Shown here piece after piece: positions 1 through 10,380 of a stretch of 64,000 nt of DNA. The stretch is from an uncultured Verrucomicrobiae bacterium (lineage in GTDB: Bacteria; Verrucomicrobiota; Verrucomicrobiia; Chthoniobacterales; Chthoniobacteraceae), in NCBI GenBank assembly GCA_963828525.1, contig CAWHEP010000009.1, positions 128,001 through 192,000 on the forward strand. Reading direction: 5' to 3'. Under the pieces are notes generated by a model. The model saw only the letters and a program-made list of their open reading frames with translations, ran no database searches and was not told the DNA's origin. The stretch's first letter is position 1. Every line of letters starts with the position of its first letter. A program made the translations under genes and the position numbers.

Positions 1-331
1 TTCGCAATCTTCCCACATTCTCTTCCAGCCGGTCAAGACGCTGCGCCATCTGCTTATTCAGATCCAGTTGGAGACGCATCGCTCCAATCAAATACTTATT
101 CAAGGCGCCCTGATTGCGAAATCGATTCTGCAGCCAGAGCATAATGCTGTTTCGACGCGGCTCTGGCTGGTCCAAACGAACCGGTTTTCCATGTTGCTTC
201 CGAAGCGCTTGCTTCAATTCTTCTTCGATTTTGGCAAGGAGCTGCGAACTGGCAAGCCAGGCGCTCTTCGTATCGGACGCCCCAGTTAGGGTTGCTTGTC
301 CGTGATCGTCGGGGCTTGGGATTGGCTTCAT
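1..331 (-). CDS. partial (3' end outside window) hypothetical protein with predicted coiled coil, translationally coupled to the upstream glycosyltransferase
   Basis: Manual translation from ATG at 331 (ATGA overlap with stop at 328-330): MKPIPSPDDHGQ...LLAKIEEELKQALRKQH...RLQLDLNKQMAQRLDRLEENVGRLR, open to the window edge; not in ORF track. Confidence 0.7.
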   Translation of the reverse strand, partial: MKPIPSPDDHGQATLTGASDTKSAWLASSQLLAKIEEELKQALRKQHGKPVRLDQPEPRRNSIMLWLQNRFRNQGALNKYLIGAMRLQLDLNKQMAQRLDRLEENVGRLR

Positions 332-2406
332 TGGCGGATTTGCGCGTCAGCTTTCCCAATATCGTTGACCCTGGCAAGGATCTCCGCCCGGGCGCGTTCT
401 GGATCGAGAGTCTGGCGAATGTCGCGGGCGGCGCGGCATCCCATCGCGGCGCTTTCTTCCCTGTTATCAAAGACCCAGCGCATCTGCTCCGCCGCTTCAT
501 TCCCGTCTGGTTCCGCCCAGAAACTGCCCGCCTCATACGGACCGGACGTTTCTTCAAGCATCACCATCTTGTATCCGATGAGCCGGCTGTTCCCCGCATT
601 CATGTAATCGAGATTGCCTGAATAGCCCGTGGCAATCACCGGTTTCCCAAGATACATCGAGCGCGCCATTCCAAGCCCAAGCCCTTCGGAGCGGTGTAGC
701 GAGACATAGCAATCCGCGGATGCGAATAGCGAGCCGACCATTGGACCTGGCAGATGAGCCTCCGCGAACAACACATCGCGGCCCTCCGCCATCGCGCGCA
801 GACGCTGGCTTCCCATGCGGTCATGCTCCCAATTTATGGACTTCAACACAAGCGTGACCTTTTCAGCGGGATGAAACGCCTGGAGAAAAGCCTTTATGAC
901 TCCTTCAGGGTTTTTTCGGGCAGTGGTGCTGAGGAAATCGAAGTTAAAAAGAAATACAAAACTATCCTCCCGCAGACCGAACGCCGCGCGATCTCGAGCG
1001 CTTTCTTCGACCCGCAGCGGATATGTCACCTTCCTGACGGGTATCGGAGAGACCTTGGACAAGGCGTCCCGGATGAAACCGGTCGGCACCCAAATTTCAT
1101 CGTAGTAGTCAAACGCGGAATGCCAGCGGGCTGGGAAATGCTCCTGCTCCCAATACCACAGGCCGATATTGTGCCGTCCATCGAAGAAGCCGTGTCCCAT
1201 GTCGCGAGCAAACCTCCGCGAGTAGTCAAAGGAGAAGGTCATGAGGTTTACGCGGTAGGGATTCTTCGTTCCGAGCCTTGTAAACGAGGCATCGCTGTTG
1301 CTGTGCATCCTGCTGTGAACGTTGATGAAAGCGCAAGGGAGGCCGGTCTCCTCGATCGCCAGGCACATAGCGCGCGACGAGTCGCCGATGCCGTATTCTC
1401 CTTTCATAAACCCGGCGACATTGATCCCCAGCGGCAGTTTCTTTCGCGACCTGACCCCCATCGGCAAACGCGGCTTCAGGTGCCTGTGGAAAAGCCGGGT
1501 CTGTTTCACATACGCCTCATAGACCACGCGCGTCGTTTGCCTGCGGTAGCGCTCAAATCCCCTGTGTTTCCCCAGCGCAACCTGAATTTCCGGGGTTACT
1601 TTCACCCCCAGCTTGCGGGAGCGTTTTGCTATGCGGTGCAGCGCGTCGTTCCTGAGATACCGCTTCATCCAGGGCCGTATGCGGACGTACTGCTTGTCGA
1701 GATACTCGCCCACGAGAGTATAGTTCTCCATCGCCGGTTGCATGGAGGTTCGATCCTTTTCTGTCTGCTGCCGCCCATGCGAGCGGAACGCGCATAGCGC
1801 CTCCGGCACATACCCAAAGCAACCGAGTTCAAGCACGTGGAACCACATTTCCAGGTCGGCCATCACAAAGTATTCAGTGCTGAAGCCGCGGCTGGACCGA
1901 TCCCGGCGCAGCATTACGGCGCTCGGCCCTCCGATCAGGTTTCGTTGCTCCCGCAGGCAGCGCGTTATGACGCTCGTTCCCGAGATCGGGCGCGTCTCTT
2001 CAAAACACGACCACGTTTCGAGAAAGTTGCCCGCTTCATCCACGATCCGCCGGGCGGAAGAAACCAGACTGATCGCCGGGTTGCCTTCCATTACCGCGGC
2101 CATCTTCTCCAGCGCTGTCCTCTCGCAAAGGAAATCATCCGCGTGCAGCAGCTTCACGTACTCTCCCTTCGCGAGGGCCAGTCCCGCGTTGCGGTTGCCA
2201 ATCATCCCGAGATTCCGGGCATTTTGATGGACCGTTACTCGCGAATCCAGCCGCGCGTACCGCTGCGCCGCTTCAAAAGAATCGTCCGTCGAGCAATCGT
2301 CCGAAATGATGACCTCTATGTCCGATAGGCTCTGTTCCAGCACCGACTCCACTGCCTGCGAGAGGAATCTCCCATAGTTGTAAACGTCGATGCACACACT
2401 CACCAT
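328..2406 (-). CDS. bifunctional glycosyltransferase, N-terminal GT2 fused to C-terminal GT4-like (GT-B) domain
   Basis: N-term VSVCIDVYN...ISDDCSTD...LLHADD (GT2); C-term FDFLSTTARKNP, VSLHRSEGLGL, GKPVIATGYSGN (GT-B). Confidence 0.85.
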   Translation of the reverse strand: MVSVCIDVYNYGRFLSQAVESVLEQSLSDIEVIISDDCSTDDSFEAAQRYARLDSRVTVHQNARNLGMIGNRNAGLALAKGEYVKLLHADDFLCERTALEKMAAVMEGNPAISLVSSARRIVDEAGNFLETWSCFEETRPISGTSVITRCLREQRNLIGGPSAVMLRRDRSSRGFSTEYFVMADLEMWFHVLELGCFGYVPEALCAFRSHGRQQTEKDRTSMQPAMENYTLVGEYLDKQYVRIRPWMKRYLRNDALHRIAKRSRKLGVKVTPEIQVALGKHRGFERYRRQTTRVVYEAYVKQTRLFHRHLKPRLPMGVRSRKKLPLGINVAGFMKGEYGIGDSSRAMCLAIEETGLPCAFINVHSRMHSNSDASFTRLGTKNPYRVNLMTFSFDYSRRFARDMGHGFFDGRHNIGLWYWEQEHFPARWHSAFDYYDEIWVPTGFIRDALSKVSPIPVRKVTYPLRVEESARDRAAFGLREDSFVFLFNFDFLSTTARKNPEGVIKAFLQAFHPAEKVTLVLKSINWEHDRMGSQRLRAMAEGRDVLFAEAHLPGPMVGSLFASADCYVSLHRSEGLGLGMARSMYLGKPVIATGYSGNLDYMNAGNSRLIGYKMVMLEETSGPYEAGSFWAEPDGNEAAEQMRWVFDNREESAAMGCRAARDIRQTLDPERARAEILARVNDIGKADAQIRQ

Positions 2407-2466
2407 TGGGAGTAGTCATATTTAGGGGAGATCGAAAGGCAAGCCTTTCGGGCGACGTGTCGCGCG

Positions 2467-3767
2467 CTACCTGGCGGGAGAACCCGCGGGTGTCGTGATC
2501 ATTGGGCTGCCATTGATTTTCACGTTTTCCTCTCGAAGATCCTCTACATTACGGATTACGACCGCCGGATCCGTTACGGTGAGAGCGATGTTCTTCAGCG
2601 TGAGGCCCCGGATCGAACTGGCAGCGGTAGCTTCAATCCGGCCAAAGCTTGTGGTGCTGCCGGTGATGTTTTCCATGCTGACGTTCTCAACCTGCTGCTT
2701 TGGGGCGGCCTGCCCTTTCAGATCGAAGTATTGCGTCCATGCCAGCATATTAACCATGCTTCCCCGACCTGATATTGAGACATCGTGAACGTGTATGTCG
2801 GAATAATGTTGGGGGGTGTCGAGGCGGAGCTTTAGGCGAAGGATGCAGTTCTGGGGGCAAGACCCATCCATCTGGCAGTGGTCCATGACGACATCACGGA
2901 CATAGCAGGCTTCGCTGCCCAACGTGAGCGCTCCGTAGCCGAGACCGAAGATGCAATCGGAGATGCGGACATGCTCCACGGCGGGGCTATCCTTATCATT
3001 CTCAGCGAACGGGCCTTTAGTGCCCTTCAGCGCGATATTATCGTCCGACACGGAGATGTGGCAGGCGTGGATCGTTACGCGCTGGCAACTGTCCACATCG
3101 ATCCCATCGGTGCTAGGAGCGCCCAGCGGAGAGCGGATGTCCACCTTCTCCACCGTGACATCCTGGCAACGGTAAAGGTGCATATTCCAAAACCCCGAGT
3201 CTCGCAGGGAAACACCGGTTATTGAGATATCGTTCGAATTCTGTATGAACAGATTGCGCGGGCGTTCCACGTCGAGATTCTTGGTTTTCTTGTCCGCGTT
3301 GCGGCGCGTATGGAAGGCGTCCCAAAAGGGTTTCCCTCCCCCTTGTATGGCGCCGGCGCCCGTAATCCGGAGATGATCGCATTTATCGGCGTTCACGAGG
3401 GCCGGACGCCACACTTGGGTATGTCCCTCGACGCGAGTGGGCATCGACGGGTAATCCTGAATATTGGTCGAGCCCAACAGCACCGCGCCCTCATCAAGAT
3501 GCAGGTTCACCCCCGGCTTCAGGAAAACCGCGCCGCTTAAGAATTTTCCGGCGGGAATGACCAAGTACCGCCACTCTCTTTAGCGAGCTGATCAATCCCT
3601 TTTTGGATGCTGGTGGTATCTAAAGTCGCGCCGTCGCCAATCGCGCCCGTTTTAAGGATCGACAGGGTTGCACTTCCAGAAGGAGCGGTAGCCTCATCCG
3701 CCCAGGCAGCCGTCGCAGAGAGGGACACGAGAACGCGCAGCAGACAAATCAACCGCAGGGGAGCCAT
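2467..3767 (-). CDS. secreted GH28 polygalacturonase-family glycoside hydrolase (frameshift near 3565 splits it)
   Basis: 3537..3767 has signal peptide and GAIGDGATLDTTSIQKGID; continues in 2467..3564 as VIPAGKFLSGAVFLK, STDGIDVDS, DDNIALKG, LTLGSE. Confidence 0.85.
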
Positions 3768-3776
3768 AGGTTGCGA

Positions 3777-4565
3777 CTAGGGAGCTGCGCAGTACTTGTC
3801 GAGAAGGGGCTGGATGGCATCTGCCCAAATTTGATAACCCTTCTCGTTTGGATGAAGGGAATCGGGAAAGATATCCTTGCCGAGTTTGCCGTCAGGACGG
3901 AGGAATTTCTCGCCGAAGTCCAGGTAAACCACTTTGTCCGTGCCCAGCTTCGCGAGCAGCTCGTTGGTGGCCTTCACCTTCAGCCGAAATGGGTCTGTGG
4001 GTTCCTGCGAGCGCGGGAATATGGCCTGAAGGAGAATGACAGCGTCCGGACAACGCTTCTGGTATTCAGCAATGATCGCGCTGACACCCCCGGCGATCTG
4101 CTCAGGAGTGCTGGTTTCCTTCATATTGTTGGTGCCAATCATCAAGGCAATGAGTTTGGGATGCATCCCCTCCGCCTGGCCGTGGGCGAGACGCCATAGG
4201 ACGCTTTGGGTCACATCTCCGCTGATCGCGAAATCGATTGGATGATATTTGGTGAACCGCGCTGTCCATATCGCGAGCCCTCTCTTTTGCCAAAAATCGG
4301 TGATCGAGTCTCCGTCGAAGATCACTCCGACTGATCCCGCCATCTCTTTGCCGCGCGCGATATTCTCGAGCGCCCGCTTCTCCCAGCCAGCACCGCGGGT
4401 ATCCGGCGCGTTCGGCGGCACCTTCACCTTAACGGAACTGACCAGCACCGGCGCCCTTTTTTGCGGGACAGGCGATGGAGCGGGCGTGGTCTGGACAACT
4501 GTAGCAGTCTGGGCAAGCGCGAGGCTGAGCGGCAGGAGTAAAACGAGAGACAGGAGTGTTTTCAT
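3777..4565 (-). CDS. secreted SGNH/GDSL esterase (PAF-acetylhydrolase-like)
   Basis: Signal peptide; GDSITD, AISGD, IGTNN, DSLHPN blocks. Confidence 0.9.
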   Translation of the reverse strand: MKTLLSLVLLLPLSLALAQTATVVQTTPAPSPVPQKRAPVLVSSVKVKVPPNAPDTRGAGWEKRALENIARGKEMAGSVGVIFDGDSITDFWQKRGLAIWTARFTKYHPIDFAISGDVTQSVLWRLAHGQAEGMHPKLIALMIGTNNMKETSTPEQIAGGVSAIIAEYQKRCPDAVILLQAIFPRSQEPTDPFRLKVKATNELLAKLGTDKVVYLDFGEKFLRPDGKLGKDIFPDSLHPNEKGYQIWADAIQPLLDKYCAAP

Positions 4566-4701
4566 ATGGACTACAAACGCGCGGCGGAGGGGTTTGATCG
4601 GGACGGGCGGGAAGGATCACAATGGGGCGCGCTCCCGTCCTGCGTCAAGACTGTCGGTGGAACAAAGGATATCCCTCGCCCAGCATAGCCTCGCGTTTCG
4701 C

Positions 4702-5853
4702 TCACCCTACGATCTCCAGCAAGCAGCCTTTGAGATACTCCGTCTCCGGAAGGTTCATCAGCACCGGATGGTCGCTCGACTGGTGAAATTCGTGAATCCG
4801 CCGCGCCGATTTTTTCGCGTCAACCAGCGCGTCGCCAATCATCTCGTCAAAAATTTGCCGCGTGATGTGATGCGAGCAGGAAAACGTCGCCAGTAATCCT
4901 CCCGGGCCCAGGAGCTTCAAGGCACGAAGATGTATCTCTTTGTAGCCGCGCAACGCGTCGTTCAGATTTTCCCGGGACTTGGTGAAGGAAGGCGGGTCGA
5001 GAATGATGAGATCAAACCGGCCTTGCTCCGCCTTCAGGAAATCGAACACGTTTGCTTCGACCGCCCGAACCTTCATCCCGTTTCTCCGGAGGTTCGCGTC
5101 GATAGCCCGCACCCCGTCGCTGCTGATCTCCACCGCCGTGACCTCGGCCGCGCCAGCTTTCGCGCAAAAAAGCGCAAACGCCCCTTGATTTGCAAAGCAG
5201 TCCAGAACCTTGCGTCCTCGCGAGAAGGCGGCCACCTCCCGATAGTTCGACACTTGATCCAGATAGAAGCCCGTCTTCTGCCCGCGCAGGGGATCGATCG
5301 CGAAGGAAACTCCATCGAGCAGGATTTCAGTAACCATCGGTTCTCCGTAGGCGGCTCCGATGACGGGTTCCATGCCTTCCGCCCGGCGGATGGGAGCATC
5401 GTTGCGTTCCGCGATGAACTTAGGGCGCGCCACTTCGACCAGCGCATCCACAATCATCGCCTTTCGCTGATCCATGGCGAGCGTGAGCGTCTGTAAAACC
5501 AGCAGATCACCATACCGATCCACAACGACCCCTGGCAGCCCATCACTCTCGCTCCAGATCATTCGGCACAGCCGCTCATCGATCCCGCGCCTGCGGCGGT
5601 ATTCAATCGCTCGTTCGATCCTCCGCTTAAAGAACTCCGCGTCGAGTCCCTGCCGATGCCGCGAGAACCGGCGGGCAACGATCTGGGAGCTCGCATTGTA
5701 GATGGCGCTCCCGAGCAGCCGATCCCTGCCGTCCTTCAGCGAAACCACATCACCGTTAGCCGGGTCGCCAAACGCCTTGAGGACGTCGCTGGCGTACACC
5801 CACTCATGTCCATGGAGGATTCGAGAGCGGGGCTTGATTATGAGGCCGGACAA
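4702..5853 (-). CDS. rlmI: RlmI/YccW-type class I SAM-dependent rRNA m5C methyltransferase
   Basis: PUA-like N-term (GHEWVY), SESDGLPGVVVDRY, GQKTGFYLDQ, ILDPPSF, TFSCS, ETEYLK. Confidence 0.8.
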   Translation of the reverse strand: MSGLIIKPRSRILHGHEWVYASDVLKAFGDPANGDVVSLKDGRDRLLGSAIYNASSQIVARRFSRHRQGLDAEFFKRRIERAIEYRRRRGIDERLCRMIWSESDGLPGVVVDRYGDLLVLQTLTLAMDQRKAMIVDALVEVARPKFIAERNDAPIRRAEGMEPVIGAAYGEPMVTEILLDGVSFAIDPLRGQKTGFYLDQVSNYREVAAFSRGRKVLDCFANQGAFALFCAKAGAAEVTAVEISSDGVRAIDANLRRNGMKVRAVEANVFDFLKAEQGRFDLIILDPPSFTKSRENLNDALRGYKEIHLRALKLLGPGGLLATFSCSHHITRQIFDEMIGDALVDAKKSARRIHEFHQSSDHPVLMNLPETEYLKGCLLEIVG

Positions 5854-5907
5854 AGGGTTAGTTCGTGTTGTTATGAGGCAGACAAATGAACAGAAGCCAT
5901 CACCGCC

Positions 5908-7356
5908 ATGTCACACCCGCGCCGACGAATGAAACTCCGCCGCTTCTCCCCTGCTCTTTTCTCGATATTAACTCTGTCAGTGGCGAGCGCAAACAGAACC
6001 AGCGCCACGGATCTCGCAAAGGGGGGACTGGCGCGGGAGCTTGATAACGCCTTCGTATCCACCTACGAGAAAGTCGCCCCGGCGGTGGTTGTGATCGATG
6101 GTGAACGCAGCCAGGCTGACCCAAATGACGCGGAGAGCTTCCTTCCGCAAGATCCGGGCGCCCTGAGACAATTCGCCCTGCCGCGCCCCCCGGATCGCAG
6201 CGAGGCTTCCGGATTCATCGTTCGGCAGGATGGCTACATCCTCACCAACAACCATGCAGTCGCGGGATGCCGCTCGCTGACGGTCAAGCTGAAGGATGGC
6301 CGGGTGCTCAAGGGCAAAGTAGTCGGCACAGATGAGAAGACAGATGTGGCGGTCCTGAAGGTCGATGCGGTGAACCTGCCCTGCGTTGAGTTTGGTGACA
6401 GCGATTCGCTTCGGGTCGGCCAGTTGATCGGAGCCATCGGCGCGCCCTTCAACCTCGATTTCACCTTCACGGTTGGCTGGGTGAGCGCCAAGGGCCGAAC
6501 CCAGCTCACGAGGGAGACGACTTTTGAGGATTACATTCAGACGAACGCTTTCATCAATCCAGGTGACAGCGGCTCCCCGCTCTTTGATCTCGACGGGAAG
6601 GTCGTCGGGATGAACACGCTTATCAATGGGCTGGGACGGGGGCTTTCCTTTGCGGTGCCGTCCAATCTTTGCAAGCGTGTTGAAACTGAGATCATTGCAA
6701 CCGGCCGGATCGTCTATCCCTGGCTGGGGATTACGCTGGTGGATAGGGAAAAAAGCGCGGCCTTCCTCGATCAGATGCCGTCGTTCGACCGGGGAGTCGC
6801 GGTTCAGACCATCGAAGCCGGCACTCCCGCGTATCGCAGTGATCTCCGACCCGCGGATGTCATCACTCGCGTGGACGGCATCCCGGTGGCGAATGGACGC
6901 GACCTTCAGCAGCAGATTCTTAGCAAGAAAGTCGGCCAAACAGTGGAACTCGCCATCCTTCGGAATACGAAGCTTCTGAAGGTCTCCGTGACCACAGCAG
7001 AGATGCCCGCGGATACTCGGAAACCAGAGAAGGCCGCGCCGCCAAAAGAAGCCGCGCCGAATACCTCACCCTATTCTGGAATGCAATTCCAGGACGCCAC
7101 CCCGGAACTCGCGACCGAGATGAAATTCAACACGCCCTCAGGAGCGGTGGTGACGGATGTGCAAGCCGACAGCCCAGCGGCCACAGCGGGCCTCCGCCGC
7201 AAGGATGTCATCACCGAGCTTGACGGGACGCCTGTCTCCACCGCGGCAATCTGCAAGGAACTTTTCGATCTGCATGACGGGGGGAAGCCGATGCTTGTGC
7301 TGATAGACCGCGCTGGGCAGAAAACCTTCGCCGTGCTTAAAGCGACGGGAAAGTAA
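5908..7356 (+). CDS. DegP/DegQ (HtrA) family serine protease with two PDZ domains
   Basis: Signal peptide; SGFIV..GYILTNNH, TDVAVLK, INPGDSGSPL triad motifs; two PDZ-like segments. Confidence 0.9.
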   Translation: MSHPRRRMKLRRFSPALFSILTLSVASANRTSATDLAKGGLARELDNAFVSTYEKVAPAVVVIDGERSQADPNDAESFLPQDPGALRQFALPRPPDRSEASGFIVRQDGYILTNNHAVAGCRSLTVKLKDGRVLKGKVVGTDEKTDVAVLKVDAVNLPCVEFGDSDSLRVGQLIGAIGAPFNLDFTFTVGWVSAKGRTQLTRETTFEDYIQTNAFINPGDSGSPLFDLDGKVVGMNTLINGLGRGLSFAVPSNLCKRVETEIIATGRIVYPWLGITLVDREKSAAFLDQMPSFDRGVAVQTIEAGTPAYRSDLRPADVITRVDGIPVANGRDLQQQILSKKVGQTVELAILRNTKLLKVSVTTAEMPADTRKPEKAAPPKEAAPNTSPYSGMQFQDATPELATEMKFNTPSGAVVTDVQADSPAATAGLRRKDVITELDGTPVSTAAICKELFDLHDGGKPMLVLIDRAGQKTFAVLKATGK

Positions 7357-7361
7357 GCGGT

Positions 7362-8582
7362 CTACTCCTCGATCTTCGGCACCTTCGGCGCTCTCAGCCG
7401 GTGCGGTTCGTGAAAACCCGATCCCACGAGTGGCCGGCAGTAGCTGTAGAAGGCGTCGGTAACACCGTTTCCCTCCTCGTTGATGAACGCCTCCGGCATC
7501 ACACGAGTCTTGCCAGCCACATTTTTCAGCGGCACCAAGTCGTAGCTGACGCTGTAGTTCAGCACAGGGCGGCGGATGACGATCGAGCCGTTCACGTTAT
7601 CCCACATCGCGTATTGCACCGCGATCTCCCCTACTTCCCGGGCCTCATGCGCGTCCCGATCCGACACCACTCCGACAAATGAACGCTGCAAGTATCCGAA
7701 GGTGTCAGACCTCACTCGCTTGATCTTTAGCTTCTCTTTCACCAGTCCCGCCAGCAAGTCGCCCAATTGGCCGCTCCCCGAAAGTTGGACATTCCCGTGC
7801 GCGTCACGCTCCACGGAATCATTCAGCTTCAGCGCGACAGCCGTGCCGGTTTCATCCTGCACGCCTTCCGAGACGGCAACAATGCAGGAACCCCTCTCGC
7901 GATAGACGCGATCTACATCGGCCAAAAACCGGTCGGTGGAGAATGGCCGCTCGGGCACATATATCAGGTGCGGTCCTTCATCGATGTACTTTTGGGCAAG
8001 CCGGGAAGACGCCGTGAGGAAACCCGCGTGCCTGCCCATCACCACGCCGATCAGAACCCCGGCCAGCGCTCGATTATCCAGGTTAAGACCCATGAACGCC
8101 TGCGACACAAAGCGCGCCGCGGAGCCGAACCCGGGGCAATGGTCGTTTTCAGCGAGGTCATTATCGATCGTCTTGGGAATATGGACCGCCCGGAAGTCGT
8201 ATCCGATCGCCTCCGCCTGCTCGTTGACGATACGCACCGTATCCGAGGAGTCGTTCCCGCCGACGTAGAAGAAGTATCTTATGTCGTGTTTGCGCATCAC
8301 CTTGAACATGCGCGCGCAGTATTCCTCGTCAGGCTTATCGCGGGTGGACAGCAGCGCGGAGGAAGGCGTCGCGGCCACGCGTTCCAGGTTGTGCGTAGTC
8401 TCGCGGGTGAGATCGATGAAGTCTTCCTTCACGATGCCACTGACCCCGTGGATGGCGCCATAGACGGACTTCACCTGGGCAAACTTCCGAGCTTCCAGGG
8501 TGACACCCACGATGCTTTGGTTAATAACGGCAGTGGGGCCCCCGCCTTGCGCGACAAGGACGTTTCCTTCTAGACGACTCAT
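7362..8582 (-). CDS. pfp: pyrophosphate-dependent 6-phosphofructokinase
   Basis: QGGGPTAVIN, GGNDS (Asp at the PPi-specifying position), PKTIDND, MGRHAGFL. Confidence 0.85.
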   Translation of the reverse strand: MSRLEGNVLVAQGGGPTAVINQSIVGVTLEARKFAQVKSVYGAIHGVSGIVKEDFIDLTRETTHNLERVAATPSSALLSTRDKPDEEYCARMFKVMRKHDIRYFFYVGGNDSSDTVRIVNEQAEAIGYDFRAVHIPKTIDNDLAENDHCPGFGSAARFVSQAFMGLNLDNRALAGVLIGVVMGRHAGFLTASSRLAQKYIDEGPHLIYVPERPFSTDRFLADVDRVYRERGSCIVAVSEGVQDETGTAVALKLNDSVERDAHGNVQLSGSGQLGDLLAGLVKEKLKIKRVRSDTFGYLQRSFVGVVSDRDAHEAREVGEIAVQYAMWDNVNGSIVIRRPVLNYSVSYDLVPLKNVAGKTRVMPEAFINEEGNGVTDAFYSYCRPLVGSGFHEPHRLRAPKVPKIEE

Positions 8583-8649
8583 GCCAGCGAAACTAGCGAG
8601 TCTCCCTTTTTTGGCAATGACTTTGCGCGGGCGCTCGGCAAAGAGGCGG

Positions 8650-8982
8650 TCAACCCTGAAGCGGATCGTCGAAAGGACGTCCCGCAGCAGTCTTACTGCG
8701 CTGCTGGTGGTATGCTGCCATCCCCACTTTGCGGCGGGGAGGCGCCGCCGCGGCCGGCGCCACGCTGGCGTCAGTTTGCAGCGCGGGCATTGAGCCGTTT
8801 GGCTCCACGGTGCCCTGGGGGACTTTGCTATGCGTTATTCTCTGCTGGCGCTGCCTCGAAGATTTTTCGACATACCGCTCATACTCCCTCTCCCTTCTGG
8901 TCTGGGACGATTGAAAGAGGGAGCACGCCGGGAGCAAAAGCGCGCACGCCAGGAACACCAGGCCAATTCTTGAGCAAATCAT
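8650..8982 (-). CDS. small hypothetical lipoprotein (C-terminus may be frameshifted; alternative stop at 8693)
   Basis: Hydrophobic leader with lipobox LLPAC; directly downstream of mtgA on the same strand. Confidence 0.55.
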   Translation of the reverse strand: MICSRIGLVFLACALLLPACSLFQSSQTRREREYERYVEKSSRQRQQRITHSKVPQGTVEPNGSMPALQTDASVAPAAAAPPRRKVGMAAYHQQRSKTAAGRPFDDPLQG

Positions 8983-8995
8983 AACGGAGATGAAT

Positions 8996-9745
8996 TTATC
9001 GCAGCAGCTCCGCGGGAAAGCGAACGTCCTTTTGCTGCCGCAATATCTTTCCCTCGCGTCTTACAAGATCTACCGAAGGTTTGCGCGGATCCCACACCCG
9101 CGGATTTGGCAGCAGCCCGGCCAGCAAGGCGATCTGCTCGCGTCCAAGCTTCTCCGGAGCCAATCCATAATAGAACAGCGACGCCGCGCGCACTCCGTAG
9201 ATGCCATCTCCCATCTCGACCACGTTCGCGTAGAGTTCCAGAATCCGCTTTTTCGACAGTATGGCCTCCATTAACAACGTGTAATACGCCTCCAGCCCCT
9301 TGCGAATCCATGAGCGCCCTTCCCAGAGGAAAACGGAGCGAGCGCATTGCATTGTGATTGTCGAGGCGCCCCTCGCCGGCTTTCCACGCCGCTCCGCTTC
9401 ATTCATATCTTTGCGAATTTCCCGCCAGTCAAAGCCATGATGGACGAAAAAACGCTGATCTTCCGCGATCCAGACGTCCTTCAGGTATTCCACCGGGATG
9501 TCGCGGAGAGGCACCCAGTCATACAGCATCCGCCTGGGACGGTGAGCCGAAAACTGCGCCGCCGCGCGCCGCAGAAGCATCAAAGTGGTAACAGGCGGAT
9601 CGATGAACCGCGTCGCGAGAACCTCCACCATCGGCGTGATGAGGATGCAAACCGCCGCGATCCCGAGCCACCCTGCAAAGGAGCGCCCCTTCTTACTTCG
9701 CGGCTTCACGACAGAAAAACTCCTTTTTGCGGGGTGTCGCGGCAA
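8996..9745 (-). CDS. mtgA: monofunctional peptidoglycan transglycosylase
   Basis: N-terminal TM; EDQRFFVHHGFD, RGASTITMQ, RKGLE, KKRILELYAN motifs. Confidence 0.92.
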   Translation of the reverse strand: MPRHPAKRSFSVVKPRSKKGRSFAGWLGIAAVCILITPMVEVLATRFIDPPVTTLMLLRRAAAQFSAHRPRRMLYDWVPLRDIPVEYLKDVWIAEDQRFFVHHGFDWREIRKDMNEAERRGKPARGASTITMQCARSVFLWEGRSWIRKGLEAYYTLLMEAILSKKRILELYANVVEMGDGIYGVRAASLFYYGLAPEKLGREQIALLAGLLPNPRVWDPRKPSVDLVRREGKILRQQKDVRFPAELLR

Positions 9746-9874
9746 CCTCTCGGTTCATAGCCCAGAGGCACGGAAAAAGCTCCACATCGAAACGACCGCT
9801 CCTATGAAACAGGCGCGTTCCCAGAGCTAATCTCCACTCCCGACTGATGATTGTTAATAAAAGGTTCAAAAAGG

Positions 9875-9903
9875 ATGACATGCTTCCTCCTCAGGATTAC
9901 TCT
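9875..9903 (+). promoter_or_regulatory. sigma70-type promoter, apparently leaderless
   Basis: ATGACA-17nt-TACTCT then 6 nt to ATG at 9910. Confidence 0.5.
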
Positions 9904-9909
9904 TGCGCG

Positions 9910-10362
9910 ATGGCAGACCAGGCACCACTCGTTCAGGAAGGGTCCCGAACCACCCCGGATTTGGACATCAAAAGCATCCTGCTGCTCGATGATGACATCG
10001 ACCTGGCTGACACGTTGAAGTTGTTGCTTGAAAGCCACAACTACATTGTGACCACCGCAAGGAACGGCGTTGAGGGGTTGCATGAAGTGATGGCGCTCGA
10101 TTTCGATCTGATCATGTGTGACATGATGATGCCGGCCATGCCCGGCGATATGTTTTTCCGCGCGGTTGAACGCATCAAGCCGTATCTCTGCAGGCGCTTC
10201 ATCTTCCTCACCGGCCATGCTGATAAGCCGAAGGTCAGCGAATTTCTGCGCAGCATCGGAGCATTGGTTCTTTACAAACCAGTCACCACCGATGAGCTCA
10301 TCCAGACGATCTCCTTCGTCCTCAAGCGTGAAGAGCGCAACCCGTCGCGCGACAACCCCTGA
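9910..10362 (+). CDS. single-domain response regulator receiver
   Basis: ILLLDDD, MCDMMMP (phospho-Asp), FLTG, YKP; start chosen from promoter position. Confidence 0.85.
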   Translation: MADQAPLVQEGSRTTPDLDIKSILLLDDDIDLADTLKLLLESHNYIVTTARNGVEGLHEVMALDFDLIMCDMMMPAMPGDMFFRAVERIKPYLCRRFIFLTGHADKPKVSEFLRSIGALVLYKPVTTDELIQTISFVLKREERNPSRDNP

Positions 10363-10380
10363 CCACCGCCCCGGTGTCAC

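Noticed and set aside
754..1797. 347-aa plus-strand ORF and similar long overlapping ORFs elsewhere
   Set aside because: Antisense to well-supported genes, no recognisable motifs; typical of high-GC DNA
6540..6585. Atypical GDSGSP around the HtrA catalytic Ser (usually GNSGGP)
   Set aside because: Triad intact; likely tolerated variation
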